From a virus, in IMG/VR virus record IMGVR_UViG_3300009481_004294: 64,000 nucleotides of DNA; one strand, written 5' to 3'. Under the pieces are notes generated by a model. The model saw only the letters and a list, made by a program, of their open reading frames with translations, did not search any database and was not told the DNA's origin. Shown piece by piece: positions 46,030 through 56,647 of the stretch (position 1 is its first letter; every line of letters begins with the position of its first letter). Made by a program: the position numbers and the translations under genes.

Positions 46030-47262
46030 ATGTCAGAAGAAAAAAATGAAGCTCTGGAGCAAGAAGCAACAAGTGAAGAAGTGACTGAGGAAACTCAAGA
46101 AGAGTCCACTCAAGAAGACGATGTTCAAGTCGATGAGGCTTCCCTTCCAGGTGCTGGAAAAAATAAAGAACCTATGCACCCCGCTCCTGAAAAAGCGGCC
46201 GATACGGGTGTGAATAATGAGGTTCCAGATGGACCCAAACCTGATTTCACAAAAGGGGTCCCATCTGCTAAGAAACGTCCTGCTGATAAAGGAAAAGTTT
46301 CTGAAAGTGCATCAAAGATGTCACTTATTAAATCGATTTACGATAAGTTGGACGAGATGAGCAAAGACGAAGTTGCTGAAATTCTCGGCGCACTTAACGA
46401 AGTTGAAGATACCGAATTCGATGAAGAAGGTAACGAAATTGTTTCTGAAAATAAAAAAGAAACAAAAGAAGTAGTTGCTAAAGAAGAATTTGATTTGGAA
46501 AGTGATGTTCAAGCACTTATCGAAGGCGAAGAGCTTTCAGACGAATTCAAAGAGAAAGCGGCCACTATATTTGAAGCCGCAGTTTTTGCCAGAGTAAATG
46601 ATGAAATTTCGACAAGAATAGACAAACTTGATGAACAATACAAAACAGAACTTCAAGAAGCCATTGAAAACAATCGTACTGTTATGATTGAAAAAGTAGA
46701 TGATTTCATGAATTATGTTGTTAAAGAATGGATGCAAGAAAATGAACTTGCAGTTGATAAAGGTATTCGTTCAGAAATTGTTGAAGATTTCATGGTCGGT
46801 CTTAAAAATCTATTTGTTGAACACTATGTCGATATTCCAGACGAAAAAGTTGATCTTGTAGATGACTTATTCGCCAAAGTTGAAGACTTAGAGGGTTCAT
46901 TAAATTCTGAGATACAGAAAAACATTGATTCATCTAAAGAACTCCAAGAGTACAAAAAGATGGATGCTCTGTATACAGTTTCAGAGGGAATGACTGAAGT
47001 TGATCAAGAAAAAATGGTCAAATTGGCAGAAGGTATTGAGTATGAAGACGAAGAATCCTATACTGAAAAACTTCAGATCATTAAAGACAAGTATTTTCGT
47101 ACAGAAAACGCTGAAGACAAACAGGTTTTAACTGAAGGATCTACAGACACACAAGATGATATGGAACCAAATGACGAAAATTCTTCAGATGATGCAATGG
47201 CACAAGCACCTGAACATATACAACATTATGCTAAAGCCATTTCTAGAACTATTACTAAATAA
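46030..47262 (+). CDS. gp22: Prohead scaffolding protein gp22
   Basis: Acidic coiled coil; LS.EFKEKAATIFEAAV, W..ENE.AV..GIR.E..E.F..GLK.LF.EHY. Confidence 0.93.
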   Translation: MSEEKNEALEQEATSEEVTEETQEESTQEDDVQVDEASLPGAGKNKEPMHPAPEKAADTGVNNEVPDGPKPDFTKGVPSAKKRPADKGKVSESASKMSLIKSIYDKLDEMSKDEVAEILGALNEVEDTEFDEEGNEIVSENKKETKEVVAKEEFDLESDVQALIEGEELSDEFKEKAATIFEAAVFARVNDEISTRIDKLDEQYKTELQEAIENNRTVMIEKVDDFMNYVVKEWMQENELAVDKGIRSEIVEDFMVGLKNLFVEHYVDIPDEKVDLVDDLFAKVEDLEGSLNSEIQKNIDSSKELQEYKKMDALYTVSEGMTEVDQEKMVKLAEGIEYEDEESYTEKLQIIKDKYFRTENAEDKQVLTEGSTDTQDDMEPNDENSSDDAMAQAPEHIQHYAKAISRTITK

Positions 47263-47281
47263 CAATTAAGGAGATTTACAC

Positions 47282-48622
47282 ATGTATCTTTCAGAAAATT
47301 TACAAAAAAAGTGGGCTCCTATTCTTGACCATCCAGAATTGGGTAAAATAGACGACCCATATCGTAAAGCAGTAACAACTGTTTTGTTGGAGAACCAAGA
47401 AAAGTCCATGCAGGAAGACAATCAAGTTCTTTCCTCACAGAATTTCTTGACAGAGGGACAGGCTTCAGGTGCATTTCCAGACACAGGTGGAGTTGCAAAA
47501 TATGATCCTATTATGATTTCTCTGGTCAGGCGTGCAATGCCTAATTTGATTGCATACGATGTTTGTGGTGTGCAACCAATGACTGGTCCAACTGGACTTA
47601 TCTTTGCTATGAGAGCAAGATATGTCACAATGAATCAGTCCCCAGAGGCCCTTTACAACGAAGCAGATACAAGTTTTGCTTCTAATACCTCTGCTGTAAC
47701 ACAAGCTGATAACACACCAGGCCTTCATATCCATACAGATGGAACAGCTAACGCTTCTCATACTTTAGTAGCGGGTGGATTATCAACTGCCGTAGGCGAA
47801 GGCGTAACACCTAATAACATGGCTTTCTCAATCGAGAAGGTTACTGTTACTGCGAAGACAAGAGCTTTAAGAGCAGATTACACAATGGAAGTTGCTCAGG
47901 ATCTTAAAGCAGTTCATGGTCTCGATGCAGAAACAGAACTCAGCAATATTCTTTCCGCTGAGATTCTTGCAGAAATTAACCGTGAGGTTGTTCGTAAGAT
48001 TTACAGGGAAGCCAAAGTTGGTGCCCAAAATAACACTACACAATCAGGTATCTTTGATCTTGACACAGATTCAAATGGTCGCTGGTCCGTTGAGAAGTTT
48101 AAAGGTCTCATGTTCCAGATCGAGAGAGAAGCAAACGAGATTGCGAAGAAGACACGTAGAGGAAAAGGTAATATGATTATCACTTCTTCAGATGTTGCTT
48201 CTGCACTTCAAATGGCTGGAGTCCTTGATTACGCTCCTGCTCTTGATAGCAATAATCTCAATCCTGATGATGCAGGAAACACTTTTGTTGGCGTACTTAA
48301 CGGTCGCTATCGTGTTTATGTTGATCCATATGCAGTAACAAATGATGTCAACTACTTTGTAGTTGGATACAAAGGATCCTCATCTTATGATGCAGGTATG
48401 TTCTACTGCCCATACGTTCCGTTACAAATGGTACGTGCGGTTGACACAAACACCTTCCAGCCAAAAATTGGATTCAAGACTCGTTACGGTCTCGTAAGGA
48501 ATCCTTTTGCAACTGGAGCCGCAGATATCACAAGTACTGGATCCTCGGATATCAGTGGTGATAATGCTGGTGCATCAAGCAATGAGTACTACAGGCTTGT
48601 AAGAGTAGCTAACTTAATGTAA
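47282..48622 (+). CDS. gp23: Major capsid protein gp23
   Basis: ISLVRRAMPNLIAYD.CGVQPM.GPTGLIFA, ELSNILS.EI..EINRE, FYCPYVPL, FQPKIGFKTRYG. Confidence 0.99.
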   Translation: MYLSENLQKKWAPILDHPELGKIDDPYRKAVTTVLLENQEKSMQEDNQVLSSQNFLTEGQASGAFPDTGGVAKYDPIMISLVRRAMPNLIAYDVCGVQPMTGPTGLIFAMRARYVTMNQSPEALYNEADTSFASNTSAVTQADNTPGLHIHTDGTANASHTLVAGGLSTAVGEGVTPNNMAFSIEKVTVTAKTRALRADYTMEVAQDLKAVHGLDAETELSNILSAEILAEINREVVRKIYREAKVGAQNNTTQSGIFDLDTDSNGRWSVEKFKGLMFQIEREANEIAKKTRRGKGNMIITSSDVASALQMAGVLDYAPALDSNNLNPDDAGNTFVGVLNGRYRVYVDPYAVTNDVNYFVVGYKGSSSYDAGMFYCPYVPLQMVRAVDTNTFQPKIGFKTRYGLVRNPFATGAADITSTGSSDISGDNAGASSNEYYRLVRVANLM

Positions 48623-48648
48623 GTTTCTCTAAAAAACTTAGTATACAT

Positions 48649-48681
48649 AAAAGGAGTAGGGTAAAACCTACTCCTTTTTTT
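48649..48681 (+). terminator. Rho-independent terminator after gp23
   Basis: AAAAGGAGTAGG-gtaaaa-CCTACTCCTTTT hairpin followed by a T run. Confidence 0.88.
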
Positions 48682-48696
48682 GTTTTTGGAGATATT

Positions 48697-49227
48697 ATGC
48701 ATGAAAAAATTGATTTATATAAACAACTTCCCCCCTATCCTGGTATTTCTCTTACCCCCCATTTAGACAATATTAAAAAATTAATAAAAACTACAAAATC
48801 AAAAACCGCATTAGATTATGGATGTGGAGATGCATTTCACTATATCCAGGGTATTCATTTATCATGGGGACTTGATAAGATGGGGCTTTATGATCCTGCA
48901 ATATTAAAATGGAATAGTTTACCAGGAGATAATTTTGATTGTGTTATTTGTACAGATGTTTTAGAACATGTTCCAGAAGGAGAAATAAACGATACTTTAA
49001 AAGAAATTTTTACATTATCAAATAAATGTGTTTTTTTAAATATAGCAATGTATCTTGCACGCCAGATTTTACCAAATGGTGAAAATGCTCATTGTACATT
49101 GAAACCGATACAGTGGTGGAGACATAAAATAGCTGAAACAATAAAAGAAAATATTATAACTCATGTTGTATATTCGTATACACATGATAATAGAAACAAA
49201 GAATATGAAATTTATACAAAAAAATGA
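48697..49227 (+). CDS. Class I SAM-dependent methyltransferase
   Basis: LDYGCG, FDCVIC.DVLEHVPE. Confidence 0.85.
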   Translation: MHEKIDLYKQLPPYPGISLTPHLDNIKKLIKTTKSKTALDYGCGDAFHYIQGIHLSWGLDKMGLYDPAILKWNSLPGDNFDCVICTDVLEHVPEGEINDTLKEIFTLSNKCVFLNIAMYLARQILPNGENAHCTLKPIQWWRHKIAETIKENIITHVVYSYTHDNRNKEYEIYTKK

Positions 49228-49892
49228 TTTTTTGCATAGGTAATGGTAAATCAAGAGAAGCAATAGACTTGCATTTTTTGAAGAAAAGGGGTATAATATA
49301 TGGAAGTAATGCTTTATATCGGGATTTTACGCCTGATATACTCGTTACATGTGATCCACTAATGCTTGAAGAAATAATTGAGTCTGAATATTCTAAAGAA
49401 AATAAAGTTTATACAACTGAATATGGATATGGTAATGTATTAGAAAAAGTACCTAAAGGACATAAAGTTTCTTTAGTACCTTTTAAAAAAATATATCCAG
49501 TAAATTCTGGATGGACGAGTATTAGATTAGCTTATCATTTTTATCCAGAAGAGCAGATATATATGATAGGTTTTGATATGTTTGGTGATAGAAAAAACAT
49601 TTATGATCGTACTCGTAATTATCCAAGAGGTGCTGGTTTGTGGACGAAAGGAAGATATAAAGAAAAATATGATAATAATGCATATAAAGATGATCCTAAA
49701 GTTGATATGCATCTACAAGCAGAAAAAGAATTTCGTTGTGGTGAAGATGAAAGAGTTGGATTGTTTTATTTGTTAAAAGAAGAATTTTGTCCTGGAATAA
49801 GATTGACAAGAGTTATTGATGATAATACAAAAGTTGAAAATATTGATAATATAACAACAGAACAGTTTCTTGAAGAATTAAAATGGCAGTAG
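49224..49892 (+). CDS. DUF115/MAF_flag10-like putative sugar-related transferase, paralog 1
   Basis: IGNGKSR...GSNALYRDF.PD.L...D, IYMIGFD. Confidence 0.6.
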   Translation: MIFCIGNGKSREAIDLHFLKKRGIIYGSNALYRDFTPDILVTCDPLMLEEIIESEYSKENKVYTTEYGYGNVLEKVPKGHKVSLVPFKKIYPVNSGWTSIRLAYHFYPEEQIYMIGFDMFGDRKNIYDRTRNYPRGAGLWTKGRYKEKYDNNAYKDDPKVDMHLQAEKEFRCGEDERVGLFYLLKEEFCPGIRLTRVIDDNTKVENIDNITTEQFLEELKWQ

Positions 49893-50566
49893 TTATAATA
49901 GGAAATGGGAAATCCAGACAGCATATGGATTTAAATAAAATTAAAGAAAAAGCATGGACATTTGGTTGCAATGCTTTGTATCGTGATTTTGCACCAGATT
50001 ATCTTTTAACCATTGATCCTCATGTTACTCATGAAGTAATAGATTCTGATTATTCTTTAAATAATAAAGTTCTTATTAGTAATATGAATCCTCTTCCAGG
50101 AGAAGTTAGAGGCTCTATGGAAATTCCTAATGATGCTATATTATATGAGAATGATCCAACTGGTTATGAATTCATTTTTAATGGATTTAGACGACATCAT
50201 TATGTAACTTGGATAAAAGAAAAAAGTCAAATATCACATGTTCCCAGTCCGATATATGGAGGAAGTGCTGGTATACAAACTATAAGAGTAGCACATACTT
50301 ATTATCCCAAAGACATAAAATATTTAATAGGTTTTGATGTATTTGGTGAAAGAGATAATATGTATGATGGTACTAATGGATATCCTTCAGAAGGAACGGC
50401 TAATAATATGACAGATGAATTCATAGAAGGATTCAAAGACTTACTAAATATATATGATGATCTTATAATGAAAAGAGTTATTGATCAAGATCAAGAATTA
50501 GAAAATATACCTAACGTATCGGAAGATGAATTATGGCAGAATCTAGCAGACAACCAAAAAATTTAA
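49883..50566 (+). CDS. DUF115/MAF_flag10-like putative sugar-related transferase, paralog 2
   Basis: IGNGKSR...GCNALYRDF.PD.L..ID, YLIGFD; paralogous to the upstream gene. Confidence 0.6.
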   Translation: MAVVIIGNGKSRQHMDLNKIKEKAWTFGCNALYRDFAPDYLLTIDPHVTHEVIDSDYSLNNKVLISNMNPLPGEVRGSMEIPNDAILYENDPTGYEFIFNGFRRHHYVTWIKEKSQISHVPSPIYGGSAGIQTIRVAHTYYPKDIKYLIGFDVFGERDNMYDGTNGYPSEGTANNMTDEFIEGFKDLLNIYDDLIMKRVIDQDQELENIPNVSEDELWQNLADNQKI

Positions 50567-51039
50567 ATTATTTTATACCTACGGGTTTTAAATTTAATAT
50601 TGACAAAATTCCGCATGTAAACTTTTTTTGTCAATCTACGAATTTACCTGGACTGTCAGCGGGTCAGTGGTTATTGACAACTCCCCTTAGAGATATTCCT
50701 GTTGCTGGCGATAAAGTTCAAATGAATGAATTACGTGTTAGATTTATAATAGATGAAGAATTACAAAATTGGCTAGAAATTTATGAGTGGATAAAAACAC
50801 TTACTTTTCCTGAAACCCAAGAACAATACATACCAGAGCAAGTATATTCTGATGGACTATTAACAATCCTTACAAGCAACAAAAATGTTCAATATGCGGC
50901 TAAATTTACAAATTTATTTCCCGTAGATTTAACTGATATAGAGATGTCTTCGGATGTTGCTGATGCAGAAGTTGTTGCCGCGGATGCTACATTCGCATAT
51001 ACTACATATAAAGTTGAGAGAATTATAGGAGAACGTTAA
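50533..51039 (+). CDS. gp3: Tail completion / sheath stabilizer gp3
   Basis: NY..PTGFKF.I...P.V.FFCQS.NLPG, L.V.FIIDE.L.NW.EIY.W. Confidence 0.88.
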   Translation: MAESSRQPKNLNYFIPTGFKFNIDKIPHVNFFCQSTNLPGLSAGQWLLTTPLRDIPVAGDKVQMNELRVRFIIDEELQNWLEIYEWIKTLTFPETQEQYIPEQVYSDGLLTILTSNKNVQYAAKFTNLFPVDLTDIEMSSDVADAEVVAADATFAYTTYKVERIIGER

Positions 51040-51051
51040 TTATGAGGTATA

Positions 51052-51495
51052 ATGAAATTAGAAGATATACAAGAATTATGGACCAGTGATTGTGTTCTAG
51101 ATGATTTACAATTAGATGTAGAATCAACAAGAATACCAGAACTTCACAACAAATATTTTAAAATTTTTTCAGATGAAAAATTAAGACTTGTAAAATATGA
51201 GTCAAAAATGAAAGAATTGTCTAAATTAAAATGGCTTTATTATACAGGCAAACTCGATAAAGATAGTTTAGATAAATTAGGATGGGAACCATTTGAATTA
51301 GATATTAAATCTAGAAACAAATTAGATATAGATAGATTTTTAAATTCAGATAAAGATATAATTGAAATGCAAGAAAAAATTGAATATCAAAAAGAAAAAA
51401 TAAATTATTTAGAATCAATTATAAAAACGATTATCAATAGAAATTTTTTGATTAAGAGTATAATTGATTGGAGAAAATTTACTTCAGGGGCATAA
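51052..51495 (+). CDS. uvsY: Recombination mediator UvsY
   Basis: W..D..LD...L..ES..IP.LH.KY, KW.YYTGK, R...IK..IDW.KF..G. Confidence 0.9.
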   Translation: MKLEDIQELWTSDCVLDDLQLDVESTRIPELHNKYFKIFSDEKLRLVKYESKMKELSKLKWLYYTGKLDKDSLDKLGWEPFELDIKSRNKLDIDRFLNSDKDIIEMQEKIEYQKEKINYLESIIKTIINRNFLIKSIIDWRKFTSGA

Positions 51496-52508
51496 TGTAT
51501 GATTATTTAATCTTTGCGCCTCAATTATTTGAAAAAGATGGTGGTGCAATGGGTGGAACTGAAAGACAGATTGTAACTGTTGCAGAAAAACTTGCTAGTG
51601 AAAATTTTAATGTTGGATTAGTACATTCTCAAACAGATGGAACTGATCGTATAATAAATGATGTGAAACATTTAAATATGTTTAGACATCATTATGCTGA
51701 ATCAAGAGTGAGAATACATTGTAATCAAATTGCATATAATGGAAATAGTTGGAAAAATTATTATATGTATAATCCCCATATTCCAGTATTATCACCTTTA
51801 GAGATTAATAGTGGAAACAATACTTATATTTGGTTGCATAATTGGACAACTTGTCATGAAGAAGTGCCTAGATTGTTTTTATCTAATGCACTTAAAAACT
51901 ATGTTCAAGGTAAAGGAAAAAAAGTTGCGGGAGATCAAACTATTCATTATATGGTTCCAAAAGATATGGATAAACAAAAGCCAAAAGAAAAGAGATCAAA
52001 TTATCTTTTCTGGATGAGTGCTTTTGGAAAAGGATTTAGAGAAGCATTAACAATTTATGTTGCTCTTTATGATAAAGGAATGAAAAGACCTTTTTATGTT
52101 TGTTGTCCTCCTCAAAGACAAAAGAAAGATGTTAAAATATTTACAGATTTTATAGCAGACCTCAATAAAAACGGATATCCTATTCATTTTTTAGGAGAAT
52201 TAAATTATGAAAGAGTTTTAAAAAGTTTATCAAATGCCGCTTGTCTTTTTAGAACAGGAAGGCCCCAAGAAACTTTTGGTCTTGTTTATCTTGAAGCAAA
52301 TAAACTGGGAGTACCTGTAATAACGTATGAGTCAGATGCGGCGGAAGAAATATTAACAGACGAAAATAATATGTTTATAAGAAAAGATACAACTATAGAT
52401 GATGTTTATAATTGGACTATTGATATTGAAAAAAAGAAAACATCAGTTGATATGAAAAAATTCGATCCTGATAAAATCATTAAAAAATGGACTAAACTAT
52501 TAAAATGA
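51495..52508 (+). CDS. Glycosyltransferase (GT-B, GT4-like)
   Basis: MGGTE and ETFGLVYLEA..LG.PV motifs; ATG 51495 overlaps the uvsY stop (TAATG). Confidence 0.85.
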   Translation: MYDYLIFAPQLFEKDGGAMGGTERQIVTVAEKLASENFNVGLVHSQTDGTDRIINDVKHLNMFRHHYAESRVRIHCNQIAYNGNSWKNYYMYNPHIPVLSPLEINSGNNTYIWLHNWTTCHEEVPRLFLSNALKNYVQGKGKKVAGDQTIHYMVPKDMDKQKPKEKRSNYLFWMSAFGKGFREALTIYVALYDKGMKRPFYVCCPPQRQKKDVKIFTDFIADLNKNGYPIHFLGELNYERVLKSLSNAACLFRTGRPQETFGLVYLEANKLGVPVITYESDAAEEILTDENNMFIRKDTTIDDVYNWTIDIEKKKTSVDMKKFDPDKIIKKWTKLLK

Positions 52509-53137
52509 ATTCGCCAAATCCAAAAGATTTAATAAAAGCAGGTGCCCAGTTTGCTTATCCTGTTCAGTGGAGAAGATGGGAAGTAATTAATGTTTTTGTC
52601 ACACAATTTAATTGGAAAATAGGTGTTGAAATTGGTGTTAATGAGGGTTTAAATATTTTTGAAGTAGCAAAAAATAATGAAAAATTAAAAATTTATGGTG
52701 TTGATCCATACAAAGTGCAAGAAGAAAATACTTTATATGAAAAAAAGATAGGTGAAGTACAAAAATTTAATAGAAAAAGATATGATAATGATTCTTTAAA
52801 TATGATTAGAAGAAGAATGTTAAAAGAGTCTCTTAAATATTCAAATCTTAAAATAATTATAGATACTTCTGTTAATGCTTCAAAACAATTTGATAAAGAA
52901 TCAATTGATTTTGTTTTTATAGATGGAGATCATAGTTATGAAAGTGTTAAAAGTGATATAAAATATTGGGAGCCAATAGTAAAAGAAAATGGTTTAATTA
53001 TGGGTCATGATTATAATTGGGGCGATGTTGCCAGAGCAGTTGGAGAAAATTTTAATGAAGTTTGGATATTACCTGATAATGTTTGGGTAGCTTCAAAAGT
53101 CTGGTTAAGAAATGTTAGAAAAAATTTCAATAGATAA
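52505..53137 (+). CDS. Class I SAM methyltransferase (Methyltransf_24-like)
   Basis: VEIGV..G, IDFVFIDGDHSYE.V..DI, GHDY. Confidence 0.85.
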   Translation: MNSPNPKDLIKAGAQFAYPVQWRRWEVINVFVTQFNWKIGVEIGVNEGLNIFEVAKNNEKLKIYGVDPYKVQEENTLYEKKIGEVQKFNRKRYDNDSLNMIRRRMLKESLKYSNLKIIIDTSVNASKQFDKESIDFVFIDGDHSYESVKSDIKYWEPIVKENGLIMGHDYNWGDVARAVGENFNEVWILPDNVWVASKVWLRNVRKNFNR

Positions 53138-54608
53138 GAAAAATGAAGTCTACATGTTGGTTCAAGCAGAACCAGGTATTGAACAGGAAATAAGTGAATA
53201 TTTTACTTTTTTTATTCCTGGTTATAGATTTATGCCGTCTTACAGAAATAAAATGTGGGATGGTAAAATTAGACTTTTTAATTTAAGATCAAAAGAATTA
53301 TATATTGGATTATTAGATCATTTACTTAAATTTTCAAAAGAAAGACAATATGAAATAGAGTATAAAAGTTTTCCTAAAAGTTTAAATAAATATGATAAAG
53401 AGGACTATGAAAGATTTGCCAAAAGTCTTGCATTAACAATTAATGCTAGAGATTATCAGATTGATACGTTTTTATACGCTATAAATCATGAAAGGTGCTT
53501 ACTTCTCTCTCCCACAGCATCTGGCAAATCTTTCATAATTTATCTTCTTTTAAGATATTATCAACAAAAACTTCCAACCTTTAAAGCATTAATAGTAGTT
53601 CCCACAACATCTTTAGTCGCACAAATGAAAAGTGATTTTGCTGATTATTCTAAAACAGATAATTGGGATGCTTCGGAAAATATTCATCAAATTTATGCAG
53701 GTAAAGATCGAGTATCACCTAAACCCATTTATATTTCTACTTGGCAATCTTTATATAAAATGACTATTAATTATTATGCTGAATTTGATTTTATTTTAGG
53801 TGATGAGGCCCATCTTTTTAAAGCAAAATCACTTACATCAATAATGGAAAAGACAACCAAAACGAAATATAAATTTGGAACAACTGGAACTTTAGATGGT
53901 ACGTTAACACATAAATTGGTATTAGAAGGATTATTTGGAAAGACTTATACAGTAACAACTACAAAAGATTTAATAGATAAAAAAACATTATCTCCATTTC
54001 AGATTAAGTGTTTAGTTTTACAATATCCTGAAAAATTATGTGAATTAGTTAAATCATATAATTATAAAGAAGAACTTAATTGTATTGTTTCAAATGAAGC
54101 AAGAAATAGATTCATTAGAAATCTTGCAATAAGTTTAAGCAATAATACTTTAGTATTATTTCAAATGGTAGAAAAACATGGAAGAATAATTTATGACCTC
54201 ATCAAAGAAAAGACAAAAAAAGAAAGAAAAATCTTTTTCGTATACGGGGGGACGGAAACCTCCGATAGAGAAGATATTCGAAAAATCGTTGAATCTGAAT
54301 CAGATGCCATCATTGTTGCGAGTTACGGTACCTTTTCTACTGGTATCAATATTACTAATTTACATAATGTTATTTTTGCTTCTCCTTCTAAGTCAAGGGT
54401 AAGAAATTTACAGAGTATAGGAAGAGGTCTTAGAAAAAATGCATCAAAAGAAATAGCTACATTATATGATATATCTGATGATTTTACCTATAAAAGCTAT
54501 AAGAACTATACTTTAAAACATTTTGTTGAAAGAATAAAGATTTATAATGAAGAGCAGTTTGAATATAAAATAATAATTGTACCAATTGGCGCTCCGCAGA
54601 AATTTTAG
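53112..54608 (+). CDS. uvsW: UvsW DNA helicase
   Basis: WDGKIRLF, SPTASGKS, GDEAH, QSIGRGLR. Confidence 0.96.
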   Translation: MLEKISIDKKNEVYMLVQAEPGIEQEISEYFTFFIPGYRFMPSYRNKMWDGKIRLFNLRSKELYIGLLDHLLKFSKERQYEIEYKSFPKSLNKYDKEDYERFAKSLALTINARDYQIDTFLYAINHERCLLLSPTASGKSFIIYLLLRYYQQKLPTFKALIVVPTTSLVAQMKSDFADYSKTDNWDASENIHQIYAGKDRVSPKPIYISTWQSLYKMTINYYAEFDFILGDEAHLFKAKSLTSIMEKTTKTKYKFGTTGTLDGTLTHKLVLEGLFGKTYTVTTTKDLIDKKTLSPFQIKCLVLQYPEKLCELVKSYNYKEELNCIVSNEARNRFIRNLAISLSNNTLVLFQMVEKHGRIIYDLIKEKTKKERKIFFVYGGTETSDREDIRKIVESESDAIIVASYGTFSTGINITNLHNVIFASPSKSRVRNLQSIGRGLRKNASKEIATLYDISDDFTYKSYKNYTLKHFVERIKIYNEEQFEYKIIIVPIGAPQKF

Positions 54609-54650
54609 CATTTTTACCGTACGATTAAATATATATAAAATCAATTATAC

Positions 54651-54680
54651 TTGACAAATAGTAAATGTTTATGTTATCAT
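54651..54680 (+). promoter_or_regulatory. Sigma70-type (early/middle) promoter for gp55-47-46
   Basis: TTGACA-N18-TATCAT with a TG extended -10. Confidence 0.7.
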
Positions 54681-54714
54681 AGTAGTTCAATTAATAACTT
54701 AATGGAGAGCCATT

Positions 54715-55263
54715 ATGGCCAATTATATAAACAATGAAGATTTTCTTAATGCAATGATTGTGTATAAAGAAGATATCAAAAAAGCAGAGGAAAAAAATAT
54801 AGAAATTCCACCTGTTCCAGATTATATAGGAGAATGTTTTTTACTTATAGCGGAAAGACTTTCTTTTAGACCTAATTTTATAAATTATGCATTTAAAGAT
54901 GATATGATTTCTGATGGTATAGAAAATTGTCTTCAATATGTTAATAATTTTAATCCAGAAAAATCAAAAAATCCCTTTGCATATTTTACTCAAATAATTT
55001 ATTGGGCATTTGTTAGAAGAATACAAAAAGAAAAGAAGAATTTATATATCAAATATAAAGAAATGGAAAGAATGTCCTATCTTGAAGATCATATAGAAAC
55101 GAGTTCGGATGATAATAAGGAATATTTGAGTTTAATAGGATCTGCTGATTCTAGAAATATGATATCTCAATTTATAGAAGATTTTGAAGAAAAAAGATTT
55201 AAGAAAAGAAAGAAAAAAGAAGACGATACCGTTGTTTCTAATATTGGATCAGTTAGTATATGA
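54715..55263 (+). CDS. gp55: Late-transcription sigma factor gp55
   Basis: YIGECF..IA..LS.RPNF.NY...DDMISDGIENC..Y..NF.PEKS.NPFAYFTQI. Confidence 0.96.
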   Translation: MANYINNEDFLNAMIVYKEDIKKAEEKNIEIPPVPDYIGECFLLIAERLSFRPNFINYAFKDDMISDGIENCLQYVNNFNPEKSKNPFAYFTQIIYWAFVRRIQKEKKNLYIKYKEMERMSYLEDHIETSSDDNKEYLSLIGSADSRNMISQFIEDFEEKRFKKRKKKEDDTVVSNIGSVSI

Positions 55264-56336
55264 AAATAGCATTAATCACAGATACGCATTGGGGAGCAAG
55301 AAATGATAATATTGCATTCTCCGATTATTTTAGTAAATTTTACAATAATATCTTTTTTCCCTATCTAGAAAAGCATGATATTAAGACATGTATTCATTTA
55401 GGAGATGTTGTTGATAGAAGAAAATATATTAATTTTAAAACTGCTAATGATTTAAGAGAAAATTTTGTAGAACGATTATGGAAAATGGGTGTTGATACTC
55501 ATGTTATAATCGGAAATCATGATATTTTTTATAAAAACACCAATGATATAAATTCTATGGAAGAATTGTTTTCTTCATCAGATGGTAAATATGAACCTTG
55601 GATTTATGCGAGTCCAAGAGAAGTTGAATTTGATGGTACTAAAATAATGATGATGCCTTGGATTACTTCTGATAATTATTCAGACTGTGTAAGTGCTATT
55701 AAAAAAACTAAAGCACAAATTATGATGGGACATCTTGAAATTAGTGGATTTGAAATGCATCGTGGACAAATATGTGATACAGGCTTTACTGCAGAAATGT
55801 TTTCTAAATTTGATCTAGTTTATAGTGGACATTTTCATCATAAGTCTACACAAGGAAGTATTACATATCTTGGTAATCCTTATGAAATAACTTGGTCTGA
55901 TTATCAAGATGCAAGAGGTTTTCATATATTTGATACTAAAACAAGAGAATTACAGTTTATTCAAAATCCGTATAATATGTTTCATAAAATTTATTATGAT
56001 GATACCAAAGAAACATTCGAAACAATTAAAGAAAAAGATTATGAACAATATGCAGGATCTATTGTTAAAATTATAGTTGTACAAAAACAAAATCCATATT
56101 GGTTTGATACAATGTTGGATGAATTATATAAAGTTGATATAGTGGATATATCAGTTATAGAAAATATTGATCTTGAATTTGAAGATGATGATACAGTTGT
56201 GGATGAAGCTGAAGACACCCTTACAATTTTGAGTAATTATATAGATACATTAAATATACAAAAAGATAAAAAAGAACTTGACACTTTAATAAGGACATTA
56301 TACAATGAAGCAATCGACTATCAAATCTCAGCTTAG
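55260..56336 (+). CDS. gp47: Recombination endonuclease subunit gp47 (Mre11/SbcD-like)
   Basis: DTHWG, HLGD, GNHD, SGHFH, Y.GNPY. Confidence 0.95.
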   Translation: MKIALITDTHWGARNDNIAFSDYFSKFYNNIFFPYLEKHDIKTCIHLGDVVDRRKYINFKTANDLRENFVERLWKMGVDTHVIIGNHDIFYKNTNDINSMEELFSSSDGKYEPWIYASPREVEFDGTKIMMMPWITSDNYSDCVSAIKKTKAQIMMGHLEISGFEMHRGQICDTGFTAEMFSKFDLVYSGHFHHKSTQGSITYLGNPYEITWSDYQDARGFHIFDTKTRELQFIQNPYNMFHKIYYDDTKETFETIKEKDYEQYAGSIVKIIVVQKQNPYWFDTMLDELYKVDIVDISVIENIDLEFEDDDTVVDEAEDTLTILSNYIDTLNIQKDKKELDTLIRTLYNEAIDYQISA

Positions 56337-56496
56337 AGAACTTGAATTAAATTTACCAGATGAAATAATAGTAAAATTAGCATTAGATGCACATAAAAGA
56401 GATGTATCTTTAAATTCTCACATTATTGATATTTTGAAAAAAGAAACAAAAAATAACGCATTTGATGGATCACCTCAATTACTTACTGAAAATTAA
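56305..56496 (+). CDS. Small ribbon-helix-helix-like protein
   Basis: ELNLPDE....LAL.AH..D.SLN..I..IL pattern. Confidence 0.55.
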   Translation: MKQSTIKSQLRELELNLPDEIIVKLALDAHKRDVSLNSHIIDILKKETKNNAFDGSPQLLTEN

Positions 56497-56647
56497 ACTT
56501 GATGAATTGTCTGTCTTAGAAGAAGAATATATTAAAACATATAGACACAAATATCAAAACAACAGAGACATAGCATACGCTAGGATTCTGGCTTGCCAAA
56601 AAGAAATAATAGAAATATTGAAATCAAATTATGATAAATTTTCATAA
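56462..56647 (+). CDS. Possible small hypothetical protein
   Basis: Fills the gap before gp46; overlaps both neighbours; no recognisable motif. Confidence 0.3.
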   Translation: MMDHLNYLLKIKLDELSVLEEEYIKTYRHKYQNNRDIAYARILACQKEIIEILKSNYDKFS

